64,000 nucleotides of DNA, from contig OZ251219.1 in assembly GCA_965240465.1 (NCBI GenBank), forward strand, positions 480,001-544,000, given 5' to 3'. The DNA is from a bacterium (GTDB lineage: Bacteria; SAR324; JACQKK01). The translations under genes and the position numbers were made by a program. Positions 62,403 to 64,000 of the stretch are shown one piece after another (the first letter of the stretch is position 1; every line of letters begins with the position of its first letter). The notes beneath the pieces are model-generated. The model saw only the letters and a program-made list of their open reading frames with translations, did not search any database and had not been told where the DNA came from.

Positions 62403-62695
62403 AAGAGAGGGTGTGAGGGGAGGTAGGGTAGAGGTGTGAAAGGGGTAGGGTAGGAGGTGATGTAAGGGTGGAGGTGTGAATAGGGGCAGGGACACGGGGT
62501 AGATGTCAGAAGGGCGAAGAGGTTGTGTCGGTGATTAAGGGCAGAGTATGAAAGGGTGGGTAGGAGGTGTGAAAGGGTGGGTAGGAGGTGATGCTAAGGG
62601 CAGGGGAGTGTTTAAGTTTTTGTGCCATGCGAGCTTGAGGTGGTGAAAGAATCAGTAGGGAGGCGGTAGAGGCAAGGTATAGGGTCTAAGAAACG

Positions 62696-63256
62696 ATGTT
62701 GCGAATATCCTCTGGACAATGGAAAGGGCGTTCCTTGCGTGCCACTGCCGATGGGGTTCGTCCCACCAGTGCCCGAGTCCGAGCTGCCATATTTGATTCT
62801 CTTAGCACCCGTACCTGCCTTACTGGAGCAAGAGTGCTGGATTTGTTCGCTGGGAGCGGAGCCTTGGGTTTAGAAGCCTACAGCCAAGGAGCTGCTTGGG
62901 TGGTCTTTGTAGAACCACACCGCCGCGTGATTGAAACCCTGAAGAAAAATATCGCTCAACTGAAACTGACCTCTTATCAAGTGATACATGCCAAAGCAGA
63001 AGATTGGCTTAAAAACCCGCCCCCGACCCAGCCATTTGATATCGCCCTTTTGGATGCTCCCTATCATTTCCCAGTTTTGCAAACCACCCTTGAATTGCTC
63101 GCCCAGCCCGGCTGGCTTAAAACAAAAGCCCTCATCGCTGCCGAAACTCACCACCATCACCAACTCAATTGCCCCCCCAGCTGGACACTCCAAAAAAACA
63201 TCCGCCACGGAGATACCCTGCTACGGTTCTATCAAGTACAAGCACCCCCAAATTAA
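62696..63256 (+). CDS. rsmD: 16S rRNA m2G966 methyltransferase
   Basis: MLRISSG.WKGR, RPT..RVR, LDLFAGSGALGLEA, DAPY. Confidence 0.92.
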   Translation: MLRISSGQWKGRSLRATADGVRPTSARVRAAIFDSLSTRTCLTGARVLDLFAGSGALGLEAYSQGAAWVVFVEPHRRVIETLKKNIAQLKLTSYQVIHAKAEDWLKNPPPTQPFDIALLDAPYHFPVLQTTLELLAQPGWLKTKALIAAETHHHHQLNCPPSWTLQKNIRHGDTLLRFYQVQAPPN

Positions 63257-63303
63257 TAGAGCACTGACTAATAGAGCACTGACTAATAGAGCACTGACTA
63301 ATA
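63254..63303. repeat. 15-bp tandem repeat x3 starting at the rsmD stop
   Basis: taatagagcactgac x3. Confidence 0.9.
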
Positions 63304-63320
63304 AAATCCTGAGATCCCCC

Positions 63321-64000
63321 ATGAAACCCTATTCACCCTACTTTTGGCTGCTAGCCTTAGTGATTTACTCCTTTGGCAATATCCACCTAAGTGCGGCTCA
63401 AACTACCCACAAACCCTCACCGCTAGGCGTTATGTGGCTCACCAAAACCACCACCGCCTACACAGAAGGACCTACGGTTGGGCGTTCCTATCGCTTGTTG
63501 CGTAATCAATCGTATCCAGTCATCAATCTTACCATTGATGAACTAGGGCAAGCTTGGCGAAAATTAAAACTACCTCAGTACTCCCAAACCAAGAGCGGAA
63601 TAGGCTGGTCGCCACTGGAAGCCCATCAATTATCAGAAGGATATGAAACAGTGATCATCTACACCCAGCTACCTGAGGATGTCCGTAGCCCCCTTAATTC
63701 TTTGCACCTGCTGGCGGATGATGTATTTTTGCTCAATGCCGAGCAGACCGTTCGTGGTTTTCCCCTCATTGTCTGGAATAAGGCTCGTTATCGCACCAAG
63801 GTGGTAGCCGAAGCTTGGGTTTTGGCTGAACATGGGATTTTTCGCGTAGGCATTACCGAAAAACACATGTTAGAAGCCTATGAAGACATGGTGAGTCGTC
63901 AAATTTCCTTGCTCAAAAGAACTAGGTTGCTGAATGGAGTCGTACTACCCGGTGACAGTCAACAAGAAGTTCGTTGGGCCCTGGGCGAACCCTTACTAGT
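63321..64000 (+). CDS. Hypothetical exported protein, truncated by the window end
   Basis: Open frame MKPYSPYFWLLALVIYSFG... with a signal-peptide-like N-terminus, running to ...EVRWALGEP at the edge. Confidence 0.65.
   Translation, partial: MKPYSPYFWLLALVIYSFGNIHLSAAQTTHKPSPLGVMWLTKTTTAYTEGPTVGRSYRLLRNQSYPVINLTIDELGQAWRKLKLPQYSQTKSGIGWSPLEAHQLSEGYETVIIYTQLPEDVRSPLNSLHLLADDVFLLNAEQTVRGFPLIVWNKARYRTKVVAEAWVLAEHGIFRVGITEKHMLEAYEDMVSRQISLLKRTRLLNGVVLPGDSQQEVRWALGEPLL

Overview
A 64-kb chromosomal window from a Gram-negative bacterium. LpxH, LptAB, an MsbA-like exporter and FlhF/FlhG are present, and the gene content suggests a deltaproteobacteria-like or SAR324-like lineage (inference only). 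Most of the window is housekeeping genes whose usual operons are broken up: rsmH-ftsL-ftsI, mtaB, metC, trmB, flhFG, ddl, PBP1A, rodA, rpoD, nadAC, tkt-rpe, pyrG-lptAB and rplU-rpmA-rsmD. Five AT-rich restriction-modification/methyltransferase cassettes are interspersed, along with many short tandem-repeat expansions. Four things stand out. (1) A three-gene operon (19.8-22.7 kb) is clearly derived from a group-1 [NiFe]-hydrogenase but lacks all four Ni-Fe cysteines and all proximal Fe-S cysteines. It keeps the Tat signal, the medial and distal cluster ligands and a membrane partner, so it looks like a metal-free pseudo-hydrogenase. (2) A region of about 670 nt with no credible ORF (50.69-51.36 kb) lies behind a near-perfect sigma70 promoter. 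By hand it folds into a large multi-domain RNA closed by a 25-bp 5'/3' helix, and it matches no RNA family I can recognise. (3) The + strand shows a repeating saw-tooth from G/T-rich to C/A-rich every few kb, independent of gene direction, and most R-M cassettes sit at the switch points. (4) A 194-bp four-fold amplification of the tkt/rpe junction is bounded by a 7-bp microhomology. All calls come from reading the sequence; no searches or folding programs were run.
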